IMG/VR virus record: IMGVR_UViG_3300009130_000017
Location: 1 to 64,000 of that record
Length of the DNA: 64,000 nucleotides
Source: an uncultured virus (IMG/VR IMGVR_UViG_3300009130_000017)
Lineage: Duplodnaviria; Heunggongvirae; Uroviricota; Caudoviricetes
Reading direction: 5' to 3' (one strand)
The translations under genes were made by a program, and so were the position numbers. This document shows positions 32,401-40,737 of the stretch, one piece after another. The notes beneath the pieces were generated by a model. It had not been told where the DNA came from. It made no database searches and worked only from the letters and a program-made list of their open reading frames with translations. How positions within the stretch are numbered: the first letter of the stretch is position 1; each line of letters begins with the position of its first letter.

Positions 32401-32647
32401 ACTTCGAGTCGCACTAATAAACATTTGTAATGCACCTCGTAGCGATGTGCTTATAATTGATGAGGGATTCGGTGCATTGGATGACAAGAATATCGAAGCT
32501 TGTTCCCGTCTTTTGATCTCACTTAAGAAGTATTTTACGAATATCCTTATTATTTCTCATGTTGACGCAGTAAAAGATATTGTGGATAACGTTTTAGATA
32601 TTCAAAAGGTAGGAAAGGATGCAAGAGTCACATATTCAGGAGCATGA
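29498..32647 (+). CDS. Fused Mre11/SbcD-like nuclease + Rad50/SbcC-like ABC ATPase (T4 gp47-gp46-like)
   Basis: Phosphoesterase motifs ADIH, GGDIVH, GNHD, YHG, GDIH; Walker A GKNRSGKSS; coiled coil with a central Cys cluster; signature GSGMEK; Walker B IIDEGFGALD; IISH. All in one 1049-aa frame. Confidence 0.9.
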   Translation: MSFKCAHFADIHFRGLTRHEEYRKVFNQAYDKLRILKPDVIFLGGDIVHSKTQGISPELIEILRWWLTSLAEIAPVHIILGNHDGLMLNEDRLDAITPIVKTLNNPRVLLMKGTGVYPTGVDGYNWCTFCCFDVKSWPNLTPPNEGVNLALYHGPVNGSLTDQDWEINGDSIKADFFKDYDFALLGDIHKRQFLTDTIAYPGSPIQQNYGEDVEKGFLFWDIKDKKDFSVKFIPLHNPHAFRTISWMGDIIQTLDQIPEEWSGSRFRIAHKGINQLDFRQLQSALKEKFDAFEVVSKNESSSIVGGEVEITTSIGKISRNDLRSFTQQDMLMTDFVSKLEMEDEDREQLRHLHKDIFKRCVQQVTNKSHQWRLRKLSFDNTFGYGEENVIDFDALSGITGIFGKNRSGKSSIPGTLVYSLFNSTDRGVLKNLHVINNRKTFCRATTDFSVGGEMYRADRQTIKRVSRKGSVSAPTNLNLFKIDESGEPIEDNTGEQRRETEKVLRTLVGSVDDFLMTSFASQGEMNAFIREGSTRRKAILTRFLDLQMFDDMLKIAKNEMSELRGEMKSAPDKNWSILVDEQKDLLESFMDERSEVEDELGELKEKRDDLKIKLAALPSAGKYTKVQIGEQVQKLNTLEGKANNFKKQIITLSTERDAVSKRLEKIEVIREQFPIDELRAQATLLCDLKQQCELSEANLNLELQRLESKKKLQKKLKPCSCAAHAPNCKYVKDAMKNENELGDQKAVVSTARKELRAIKSNLEKLQSAGISEKLEKYEQILQRDQELKLENSEMKLQMKELESSHQEIKTSLTAGKELLREMRLRSVDDEKDQEVIKMQGDLSSIENRISELDGSRLYLAEQISVTKQTCNNLNEEKDRFGTIKSRWETYNTFSQAVDKKGIPLTILSLQLPQINSELTKILQGVVNFELSLEADADSNNMDIFIDYGDSKRIIECGSGMEKMIASLALRVALINICNAPRSDVLIIDEGFGALDDKNIEACSRLLISLKKYFTNILIISHVDAVKDIVDNVLDIQKVGKDARVTYSGA

Positions 32648-32873
32648 TTTTTTCGTACCGCTTGATTGCCCTATTTGCGATTTAATGATGAGAGACATGA
32701 GGGATTCTGTACAATATTTAGAGACCAAGTGCTGTATTCAGTGCTGGATATCGCTTGTAGAACCATTGCGGAAGCTACACAAAGATAAGAGTTATTTCCC
32801 AACAGATGAAGATATTTCAAGCCACAGAGAAAAGTTGGCTCAATCTGAAATAATTAAAAACGAGGAGTTTTAG
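32619..32873 (+). CDS. Small Zn-finger protein (84 aa)
   Basis: CPIC...CCIQC; AAGGA upstream; overlaps the end of the previous gene. Confidence 0.6.
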   Translation: MQESHIQEHDFFVPLDCPICDLMMRDMRDSVQYLETKCCIQCWISLVEPLRKLHKDKSYFPTDEDISSHREKLAQSEIIKNEEF

Positions 32874-32876
32874 AAC

Positions 32877-33245
32877 ATGTTAACATTAGAAGAAGTAAGA
32901 GCGCTTGGCGAGGTCTTAAATACGACCTGGGGCAGATCGAGTAGCAACATGAAAGTGACCCACAGTTTAGAAGGTGATCGCTTAGATCTCCTTATGCAAT
33001 CGATCGTTCACTTCGATGGCTCACGTTCACTGAACCCACAAGTTATTAGAGAGCGAGAAATTGCGAATTCAATTTTCACCGACGCGTTAAAGAAGGTCAA
33101 AGCAGACTTTAAAGATGTAACAGGCAAAACATTAACGCTTAAGGAAATGTCTCGTGATGATGATGTTGAGCTAATACAAGCAACTTCTAACAGCCCAAGA
33201 AAGATTGCATATTATCGGTGTCAATTAAGACTGCAAGTCAGTTGA
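32877..33245 (+). CDS. Hypothetical protein immediately upstream of terminase (122 aa)
   Basis: GAGGAG SD; ATAATTA motif at 32850. The position fits a packaging accessory protein, but no motif was recognised. Confidence 0.65.
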   Translation: MLTLEEVRALGEVLNTTWGRSSSNMKVTHSLEGDRLDLLMQSIVHFDGSRSLNPQVIREREIANSIFTDALKKVKADFKDVTGKTLTLKEMSRDDDVELIQATSNSPRKIAYYRCQLRLQVS

Positions 33246-33251
33246 GGTCTT

Positions 33252-34847
33252 ATGCCACCTCAGAGCAAGCAAAAACAAGTTGCGGAGATTGTTAGGTGTG
33301 GTAAAGATCCCACTTATTTTATCAATCGGTATGTTCAAATTCAGCATCCAATCCGGGGAAGAATTCCGTTCCATACTTTTCCATTTCAAGATGACTGTCT
33401 AGAGCATTTTAATGACCATCGCTTCAATGTGGTCGTTAAGTCACGACAGCTGGGGCTTTCCACCTTGTCTGCAGCATATGCTGTCTGGATGGCACTTTTT
33501 AGAAAAGATAAAACCATTCTTGTTATTGCGACAAAATTAGCGGTCGCTCAGAACTTCATTAAGAAAGTTAAGATCGCTTTGTCTGGTATCCCTAAATGGA
33601 TGTGGATTACAGAAATAACTGCAAAGAATACACAGGCTATAGAGTTTTCGAATGGGTCGGCAATAAAAGCTGTCCCAACATCAGATGACGCTGGACGTTC
33701 TGAGGCTTTGAGTCTACTAATAGTTGACGAGGCTGCATTCATTCGTAATTTTGATGAGCTCTGGAAAGGGCTATACCCAACTCTTTCGACTGGTGGTCGA
33801 GCGATAGTTGTGAGTACACCTAATGGAACAGGTGGGCAATATTACGACATCTACCACAATGCCGTTAACGGTGAAAATGAGTTCAATGCAATAAAGCTCC
33901 CATGGGATGTCCACCCCGAGCGTGGTGATGAGTGGTTTGAGAATGAAGCAAAGAACCTGAATAAACAGCAAATCGCTCAAGAGCTTTTATGCGACTTTCA
34001 GGCATCAGGTGAGACCTTCCTTGCGACTGAAGATATTGAGAAATTACGAATGCAGGTAAGAACACCACTGGAGAAGTGGGGTCCTGAAAACAACGTATGG
34101 GTCTGGAAATACGCATTATCAGATCATCAATATATCATTTCAGCAGACGTCGCCCGCGGAGACGGGAATGATTATTCTACATTTCATGTTATAGATACAA
34201 CAGTGTCTGAAGTTGTGGTAGAGTTTAAGGGCAAAGTACCTCCAGACCAGCTAGCTTATTTGTTGGTGGAAGCTTCGAAGAGATATGCAGATGCGCTAAT
34301 ATGTCCTGAGAATAATACATACGGCTACGCCGTCTTGATGAAGTTAAAAGAGCTAGGGTGCAGAAACATCTACTTTAAGAAAGAAAAAGATAAGTTCAAT
34401 GCGCTGTATGGTGACGGCTCTATAGGCAAAGCCGGCTTCGCTACACAAGGGAACAGTCGACCACAGATCCTTACAAAATTAGAAGAAGTGATAAGAAATG
34501 ATAAGATATCTGTTTATTCTTCTAGACTTATTAGCGAGCTCAAGACGTTCATTTGGAACAACAATAAAGCTCAAGCTCAAAGAGGGAAAAATGATGATCT
34601 TGTTATGTCACTTGCAATCGGAGTTTGGCTTTATGAGGCAAAAGGAAAGAAGCAGGTTAAGAAGGTTGATATGAACGCCGCGATGTTAGCAGGGTTCGCT
34701 TTAAACAAACGCAGCGAGCCAAAGCATAAGAATATGTCACCCTTTAATCAGCAGGTTGGTATACTTACTGCAAGAGGTATGCCTGTCTCCATGGGCGAGG
34801 ATCACCCCGCATTGTCGGGGTCTGCGGATTTTAAGTGGCTTCTGTAA
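33252..34847 (+). CDS. terL: Terminase large subunit (T4 gp17-like)
   Basis: Walker A KSRQLGLST, Walker B LLIVDEAAF, coupling motif STPNG, nuclease ADVARGDGNDYS and NDDLVMSLA. Confidence 0.95.
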   Translation: MPPQSKQKQVAEIVRCGKDPTYFINRYVQIQHPIRGRIPFHTFPFQDDCLEHFNDHRFNVVVKSRQLGLSTLSAAYAVWMALFRKDKTILVIATKLAVAQNFIKKVKIALSGIPKWMWITEITAKNTQAIEFSNGSAIKAVPTSDDAGRSEALSLLIVDEAAFIRNFDELWKGLYPTLSTGGRAIVVSTPNGTGGQYYDIYHNAVNGENEFNAIKLPWDVHPERGDEWFENEAKNLNKQQIAQELLCDFQASGETFLATEDIEKLRMQVRTPLEKWGPENNVWVWKYALSDHQYIISADVARGDGNDYSTFHVIDTTVSEVVVEFKGKVPPDQLAYLLVEASKRYADALICPENNTYGYAVLMKLKELGCRNIYFKKEKDKFNALYGDGSIGKAGFATQGNSRPQILTKLEEVIRNDKISVYSSRLISELKTFIWNNNKAQAQRGKNDDLVMSLAIGVWLYEAKGKKQVKKVDMNAAMLAGFALNKRSEPKHKNMSPFNQQVGILTARGMPVSMGEDHPALSGSADFKWLL

Positions 34848-34874
34848 CCCTTATAATGGTTGGTGAGGAATTAG

Positions 34875-36827
34875 ATGGCAAGTAAAGGAAATATCTTTCA
34901 ACGATTAACAAAGCTTTTTCGTTCAGGACCAGTAGTTAAAAGAAGAGTTCGTCAAAATGTTCCTGGTCTTTCGACCTCTGCAGCGGAAGTCTTTAAGCGC
35001 TCTCATAATGATGTTTATAACAATACACTTAGCGCTTATGGTTCATTTGACAGGATGTCTCGCTACTCTGATTTCGCAGAGATGGAAGCTACACCTGAGA
35101 TTGCTTCAGCACTAGATATCTACGCTGAAGAAACTGTAAGTCCTGATGAGCATGGAAAGGTTCTCCATATTTTTTGTGAAGATGAACTTAAGAAAGAATT
35201 ACTAGAGACACTTTTTTATGACACATTGAATGTTGAGTTTAACCTCGTGATGTGGGTAAGAAATCTCTGTAAATACGGAGACTTTTTTCTTTTTAACGAT
35301 GTGGACCCCAAGTTCGGTATTGTGAATGCTTATCCTATTCCAATTTCCGAAATGGAGAGAGAAGAAGGATTTGACCCTGAGAATCCAGGTGCTGTACGAT
35401 TTCGGTGGATCACACAAGGAAATACTGTTTTAGAAAATTGGCAGATATCTCATTTTAGACTCTTGGGCAATGACGCATTTTTGCCGTATGGCTCATCAGT
35501 GCTTGAGTCAGCTAGAAGGATTTGGCGCCAATTAATTTTAATTGAAGATGCAATGCTGGTTTATCGTGTCATTAGAGCGCCTGAGCGTCGAGTGTTCTAT
35601 ATCGATGTGGGCAATGTCGCGCCTGAAGATGTTTCCGACTATCTTGAGCAAGCGACCACAACCCTTAAAAGGGCGCCAGTTGTTGATCGATCAAACGGAA
35701 AAGTTGACTTAAGGTACAACCCTCTTTCGGTTGATGAAGATTATTTCATTCCTGTTAGAGGTGGTGATTCGGGAACGAAGATTGACACTCTTGCTGGTGG
35801 CCAAAACACAGCTGCGATTGAAGACGTCGAATATATTCAGAAGAAGCTTTTTGCTGCCCTAAAAATACCTCGAGCTTATTTGGGTTATGATGAAGAGATT
35901 GGAGCAAAGGCAACTCTCGCACAGGAAGATATTCGTTTTAGCAGAACGATTCAGAGAATACAAAAGACCGTTATTGCTGAATTAAATAAAATTGCAATGA
36001 TCCACCTCTACGTTCATGGGTATGATGCTGAAGATCTTATAGATTTTGAGCTAAAGCTTTCTAATCCTTCGTCTGTTGCCCAAATGCAGAAGCTCGAATT
36101 AATCTCCCAGCGTTTTGATATTGCTGGTAAGGTTCCTGAAGGTATGCTCGATCGTCGATGGGTACAGAAGAATGTACTTGGGCTTACTGATAAGGTGATA
36201 GAAGAAATTCACGAAGGTAAGATGAAGGACAAGATCGAGGATGGTGAAGTTGAAAATGCTGGTGCTGAAGAAGGCGGTGAAGAGGGCGGCGGTGGCGGTG
36301 ATGAGGGTGGAGGTGGCCTATTCTCGGCAGATATTCCTGAAGATGGTCAGCTCCTGACAGCACTGCCTGCCGACGGAGACAAGATTAGACCTGATGATGA
36401 TGAAGACGAAGAAGACGATATAATCGATATATCCAATCTCTCTATCAATGATCCTGATGCTCCGATAAAGGCGCAGTCTGCAGTTCAACAAAGAAGTAGG
36501 AAGTCCTCGGGAGGACCTCTGAAGACGCACATGCCAGATTTTAGATCGATGGTCACCCATAAGCGACCACAGGACTCTATGAGAAAACCATTTGGAGATG
36601 ATTATCTTCGAACTCAATTTGAGGGAACAGAATGGGAAGAACAAGATAGTTATAAGAGAAACACCGGTGTACGACCGGTAATAACACCAGAACTAAGGGG
36701 TACATTCAGATCATTATCTTCAATCCTTACTCCTGAAGGCGGAGTGCTTCTATCTGAAGCGGATTTAAGTGAGGAAGACAATTTCGACCTCGATGAATAC
36801 GATGCCGGAGACATAGATGAAAGTTAA
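34875..36827 (+). CDS. Portal protein (T4 gp20-like) with long acidic C-terminal extension
   Basis: EDAMLVYRVIRAPERRVFYIDVGN, EDYFIPVRGG, IEDVEYIQKKLFAALKIP; follows terminase. Confidence 0.93.
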   Translation: MASKGNIFQRLTKLFRSGPVVKRRVRQNVPGLSTSAAEVFKRSHNDVYNNTLSAYGSFDRMSRYSDFAEMEATPEIASALDIYAEETVSPDEHGKVLHIFCEDELKKELLETLFYDTLNVEFNLVMWVRNLCKYGDFFLFNDVDPKFGIVNAYPIPISEMEREEGFDPENPGAVRFRWITQGNTVLENWQISHFRLLGNDAFLPYGSSVLESARRIWRQLILIEDAMLVYRVIRAPERRVFYIDVGNVAPEDVSDYLEQATTTLKRAPVVDRSNGKVDLRYNPLSVDEDYFIPVRGGDSGTKIDTLAGGQNTAAIEDVEYIQKKLFAALKIPRAYLGYDEEIGAKATLAQEDIRFSRTIQRIQKTVIAELNKIAMIHLYVHGYDAEDLIDFELKLSNPSSVAQMQKLELISQRFDIAGKVPEGMLDRRWVQKNVLGLTDKVIEEIHEGKMKDKIEDGEVENAGAEEGGEEGGGGGDEGGGGLFSADIPEDGQLLTALPADGDKIRPDDDEDEEDDIIDISNLSINDPDAPIKAQSAVQQRSRKSSGGPLKTHMPDFRSMVTHKRPQDSMRKPFGDDYLRTQFEGTEWEEQDSYKRNTGVRPVITPELRGTFRSLSSILTPEGGVLLSEADLSEEDNFDLDEYDAGDIDES

Positions 36828-37674
36828 ACATAATAAAAAAAGAAATGTTGGCCTGATTTTTGCGCAATTATCTCAATATATTTCCGAAGCCTTAGTTGAA
36901 GGGAAGGTTAAGAAAGCAAAGAAAGCAATTGACATTCTTCAGAAACACTTCATACCCGGGAGCGAGCTGTTCAAAGAGTTTCGATTATTTCGCGCTATGA
37001 TGATCACTGAAGTCCCCTCACCTGCATTAGCAAGCTCCATTATCACTGAGGCAAAAACAGCGGCTAGAAATCTAGATATTAAGGTTTTAACGCAACAAAA
37101 GTCTTCCTTAATTAAAGACATCAATTACGTATTGGGAGAGAGTTCCTTTTATAATAGGCGTGTTGAAGACTATAAGGAGTTTGCCACCGTGCAAACTCTT
37201 CTTTCTCAATGGAGGTCACCTACACCTGACATTGTTGTGGCCAGTCGCTTTGAGGGAGAATTACATTCATACCTTTTGAAAGAAAAGAACAACAGGGACC
37301 TTGCGGATCTTAAGACGCCTCAAGCGAATCGTCTTGTTGTGGAGATTATGCATAAGAAAATAGAAGAAAAATTTGGCTCTTCCTTTTCGCAAGATCAAAT
37401 CGATCTTTTGAGAGAGTATGTTTTTTCAGAGAATGATAGCGACGCCTTTCGATCTAAGTTGGCTTCAATTAAAAATAGCACTCTTAATTCTCTTAGTGAG
37501 TATTCCTTAATGTGTGAAAACAAAATATTAACGAATCAACTTGACGAAGTTAAAGGCGCGGTTCAAACCCTCGATGTAGAGAAATTTGACGATGATTCTA
37601 TATCAAAATATTTAACATTAATGAAGCTTACTGAAGAGCTTACCACAGGAGATGAGTCAAATGGCAGACCTTAA
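36817..37674 (+). CDS. Hypothetical head-module protein (285 aa)
   Basis: Lies between portal and protease and overlaps both; begins KHNKKRNVGLIF. Confidence 0.7.
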   Translation: MKVKHNKKRNVGLIFAQLSQYISEALVEGKVKKAKKAIDILQKHFIPGSELFKEFRLFRAMMITEVPSPALASSIITEAKTAARNLDIKVLTQQKSSLIKDINYVLGESSFYNRRVEDYKEFATVQTLLSQWRSPTPDIVVASRFEGELHSYLLKEKNNRDLADLKTPQANRLVVEIMHKKIEEKFGSSFSQDQIDLLREYVFSENDSDAFRSKLASIKNSTLNSLSEYSLMCENKILTNQLDEVKGAVQTLDVEKFDDDSISKYLTLMKLTEELTTGDESNGRP

Positions 37675-38278
37675 GTTATTGACAGAGTGGACTCCCTGGA
37701 ATTATTCGAAAGAAATGATTGAAGAATCAAAGGCCCAGAACGGTGGGAAGCTTCTTATGAAGGGAGTCCTACAGAAATCTGATACCTTAAATCAAAATGG
37801 CAGAGTATATCCAAGAGCTATTCTCGAAAGAGAAATAAGAAATTATCAGAAGTTTATTGCAGAGAACCGGGCCCTCGGTGAGTGTGATCATCCCGACAGT
37901 TCTGTAGTTGAGCTTAAAAATGCATCTCATATTGTTAGAGAAGCGTACATGGATGGCGATGTTTGTTATGGTATCGTTGAGCTATTAGACACACCTTCAG
38001 GAAAGATTTTACAAAGTCTTGTGGAGTCTGGCGTGACGTTAGGCATTTCATCTAGAGGGGTGGGATCTACAAAAAGGCAGGGTGATACAGATGTTGTTCA
38101 AGATGATTTCCAGCTTATTTGCTGGGACTTTGTTTCAGAGCCCTCCACCCCCGGTGCATTTATGATGCGTGAAGGTAGAATTCGAGAGGGAGATCTTAAC
38201 AAGGTTTTCAATAAGACAGACAGAATCCACAGATTATTCAACGAAGTATTAGATTGGGAAGGAGAGCAAGATGAGTAA
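37661..38278 (+). CDS. Prohead (capsid maturation) protease, T4 gp21-like
   Basis: NQNGRVYP, ALGECDHP, LGISSRGVGS, DFVSEPSTPGA. ATG 37661 has AGGAG at proper spacing. Confidence 0.92.
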   Translation: MADLKLLTEWTPWNYSKEMIEESKAQNGGKLLMKGVLQKSDTLNQNGRVYPRAILEREIRNYQKFIAENRALGECDHPDSSVVELKNASHIVREAYMDGDVCYGIVELLDTPSGKILQSLVESGVTLGISSRGVGSTKRQGDTDVVQDDFQLICWDFVSEPSTPGAFMMREGRIREGDLNKVFNKTDRIHRLFNEVLDWEGEQDE

Positions 38279-38807
38279 CACATGGCCTCGACCCGGCCTT
38301 GGTATGGTCGGCGAGTATCAGCGTAGCGGGTTACCGTTCGTCACCTCTTCAAATGGTGCTGAATTAACGAATTCTGGTGGAGAAGTAGTACAGATTAGTT
38401 TCCCAAGAGTAACTAGATGGTTCGAAGTTAGGGGATTAGATGCCAGTAACGCTTCTGCAGAAATTAGAATTGGATTTACTGAAAATGGAGTTCAAGGTGG
38501 GGGTGCCGTCACTGGCTCCATCCCCACTGGAGACTTTGATGAGATAACAGGTTTGCAGAAGTGGGTCAAAGTCGAGCCCCTTCCAAGTGCAGAAGCTCAG
38601 AAGGGTACTCATGCGAATTATTTCGTTATACCGAGTTCAGAAACTTCTGAAGCGCCAGCAATGCGATATGAATTAATGTGCACCGACATCTTCTTGACAA
38701 TGCACTCTGCTCATGACAGTGGGTTTTGTGTTATTGCCGGCTTAACAGATATTCCAAGAAGTGCTTTGAACCTTACAGGTTCTAACGGATACCAAGGTAT
38801 AGGATAA
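38271..38807 (+). CDS. Hypothetical virion protein (178 aa)
   Basis: AGGAG SD; beta-rich; carries VTGS/LTGS motifs. Confidence 0.65.
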   Translation: MSNTWPRPGLGMVGEYQRSGLPFVTSSNGAELTNSGGEVVQISFPRVTRWFEVRGLDASNASAEIRIGFTENGVQGGGAVTGSIPTGDFDEITGLQKWVKVEPLPSAEAQKGTHANYFVIPSSETSEAPAMRYELMCTDIFLTMHSAHDSGFCVIAGLTDIPRSALNLTGSNGYQGIG

Positions 38808-39232
38808 TGGCAAAGATCTCTCGTGATATGTTGAAAGCTGTGGTAAAGGAATGTCTTTTTGAGATTCTTTTAGAGTCGACAGGTGATTCTCGTGAGTCAT
38901 TGGTGGAATCTCGTCGTCCAGCTCCCAAACGTAAGAGTTCTAGAGCGAGAACGTCTCGCCCTGCTCTTGATTCAATATCTTTTAATAAGAAACCATCTAA
39001 ACCAGAAGTCAGACCGGTCGACGTGAGCGGCATTACATCTGATCCTGTGATGGCATCTATCTTTCAAGACACAGCAGCTACGACCTTGGTAGAGCAAGCA
39101 GCTGCTGAGCGTGGAAAACCGGGTCAGGTCACAGGCCCTGGAATTTCTCTTGACGGTGGTTCTAGTGACAGTCCCCTTAGCGAAGCTTCAAAAAATTGGG
39201 CTTATCTCGCTTTTCATGATAAATCTGAGTAA
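38807..39232 (+). CDS. Hypothetical head-associated protein (141 aa)
   Basis: TAATG coupling; LKAVVKECLFEILLE N-terminal motif. Confidence 0.65.
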   Translation: MAKISRDMLKAVVKECLFEILLESTGDSRESLVESRRPAPKRKSSRARTSRPALDSISFNKKPSKPEVRPVDVSGITSDPVMASIFQDTAATTLVEQAAAERGKPGQVTGPGISLDGGSSDSPLSEASKNWAYLAFHDKSE

Positions 39233-39280
39233 AGAAGCACCTCGTTCGAAATACATAGAAATAGTCTGGAGGAAATCATA

Positions 39281-39553
39281 ATGGCTAAAAAAATCAAATT
39301 GACACCCACTCTTTTAAGAAAGCTCGTCATGGAAGAAAAAAAGAAGATCCAAGAGTCGCTAGAGCAAGGCGAAGAGAGTGTTGAAAAAGTAGATGCAGAA
39401 GAAGTAGATGCAGGTGAGTACGCTGATTCTCTCGAAAAAGATATCGACCATATTGCTGCATTAAAAATTCAAGAGCGTATACTTAAGAGAAAATACGTTA
39501 AAGTACAAGAAGCGAAGAAGCGACTTGTTCGAAGAGTTAAAAAGAGTCGATAA
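39281..39553 (+). CDS. Small charged head-associated protein (90 aa)
   Basis: GGAGG SD; LRKLVMEE motif. Confidence 0.7.
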   Translation: MAKKIKLTPTLLRKLVMEEKKKIQESLEQGEESVEKVDAEEVDAGEYADSLEKDIDHIAALKIQERILKRKYVKVQEAKKRLVRRVKKSR

Positions 39554-39580
39554 TCTTACTAATATTATAGGAGTAAATAA

Positions 39581-40063
39581 ATGCCCACACATACACAAAC
39601 AATCGTAGAGACGCTGCCAACAGAAAATGGACAGGGCTCAACTAGCACGGCAACTGTACAAGCTTGTTTCCCCGCGTCACCAATGTATACAGGTGATATA
39701 ACGGATGATGAGAGAAAAGCTATATTTCAAGAGCTTGTTTTGGATGGCGTTGTAAATGATGGCGGGCACACCTTTGGCGAGTTCAATCGTGACTATGTCG
39801 ATGCTCCTAATATTGCTGACGTTGAGTGGGGTGGTGGTGGATTACCTGGTAGTCCCTATGCTCCAAACCCAGTATCTCCCGGTCCAGGAAGCATAAATGC
39901 TTCAGAGCAGGCCGATCCTCCAGAAGGGTGGTGTCAAACCCCGCCCGAGCAATGGGGTACAGGTGTAGGGTCCCAACTTCAACCCAGTGAAGCTTCCGCC
40001 CAGCAATCGGGTGGAACACTTGGTGACTATGTTATGGGTAAGGCCTGGGGTACTAGTTCTTAA
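39581..40063 (+). CDS. Hypothetical Pro/Gly-rich protein (160 aa)
   Basis: AGGAG SD; fills the gap within the operon. Confidence 0.7.
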   Translation: MPTHTQTIVETLPTENGQGSTSTATVQACFPASPMYTGDITDDERKAIFQELVLDGVVNDGGHTFGEFNRDYVDAPNIADVEWGGGGLPGSPYAPNPVSPGPGSINASEQADPPEGWCQTPPEQWGTGVGSQLQPSEASAQQSGGTLGDYVMGKAWGTSS

Positions 40064-40665
40064 TGGGCGTAACGCCAAGTAATCCAGATAGTCCGATAAG
40101 CATCGGCCGTAGAAGAGGTAGCAATCTAGATTATAGAGATGACCTCGGCTACGGCCGAGTTTCTTCTAAGTTCCATGACCCACGGACGAAGGGTTCTGTT
40201 TATCCCTATGTTGAAGAAGATGAATACGACGAAGAGATAGACTTGGGACTGGAAATCGATATATTGGATAAAATCTTAAACAAGTTTACAACGCCTTATA
40301 AAAGCGATGATTCGCTGATTGGTAGATCAGCTGATCACAATGCTAAGGTTGACGGTAATAAACCACTAGCTCCGATTCAGCAAGAGATTGCTACTGCTAG
40401 CGGGATGGTACCTTTTCCAACTATGTATAAAAAAAGAATACAGGTCGGCGGCGGAGTCGCCGGTGGCGGACAAAAATATGTTCGGGGTTCCGATAGGGTG
40501 AAAACCGGAACTTGGGATGGTTATTCGCATGCTCCAGAAGAACTCGGCGGCCCCGAGGGAGTTAATATTACTTTCGACGAATATATTAACGATGAAGAAG
40601 ATGCGAATATTGTAAAGCTACGAAAAGTAGTTCGAGGAATACTTGACCAACAAGAAGAAGCGTAG
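40063..40665 (+). CDS. Hypothetical protein (200 aa)
   Basis: TAATG coupling; C-terminal LRKVVRGIL motif. Confidence 0.65.
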   Translation: MGVTPSNPDSPISIGRRRGSNLDYRDDLGYGRVSSKFHDPRTKGSVYPYVEEDEYDEEIDLGLEIDILDKILNKFTTPYKSDDSLIGRSADHNAKVDGNKPLAPIQQEIATASGMVPFPTMYKKRIQVGGGVAGGGQKYVRGSDRVKTGTWDGYSHAPEELGGPEGVNITFDEYINDEEDANIVKLRKVVRGILDQQEEA

Positions 40666-40737
40666 AAATTACAAATATAGGAAATCTCGTTTCGTCCGCA
40701 ATACTTAACTGTAAGTGCACACAACATAGGTGGATTC

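Noticed and set aside
32877..33245. Calling this ORF the small terminase subunit
   Set aside because: Only its position supports this; no recognisable motif.
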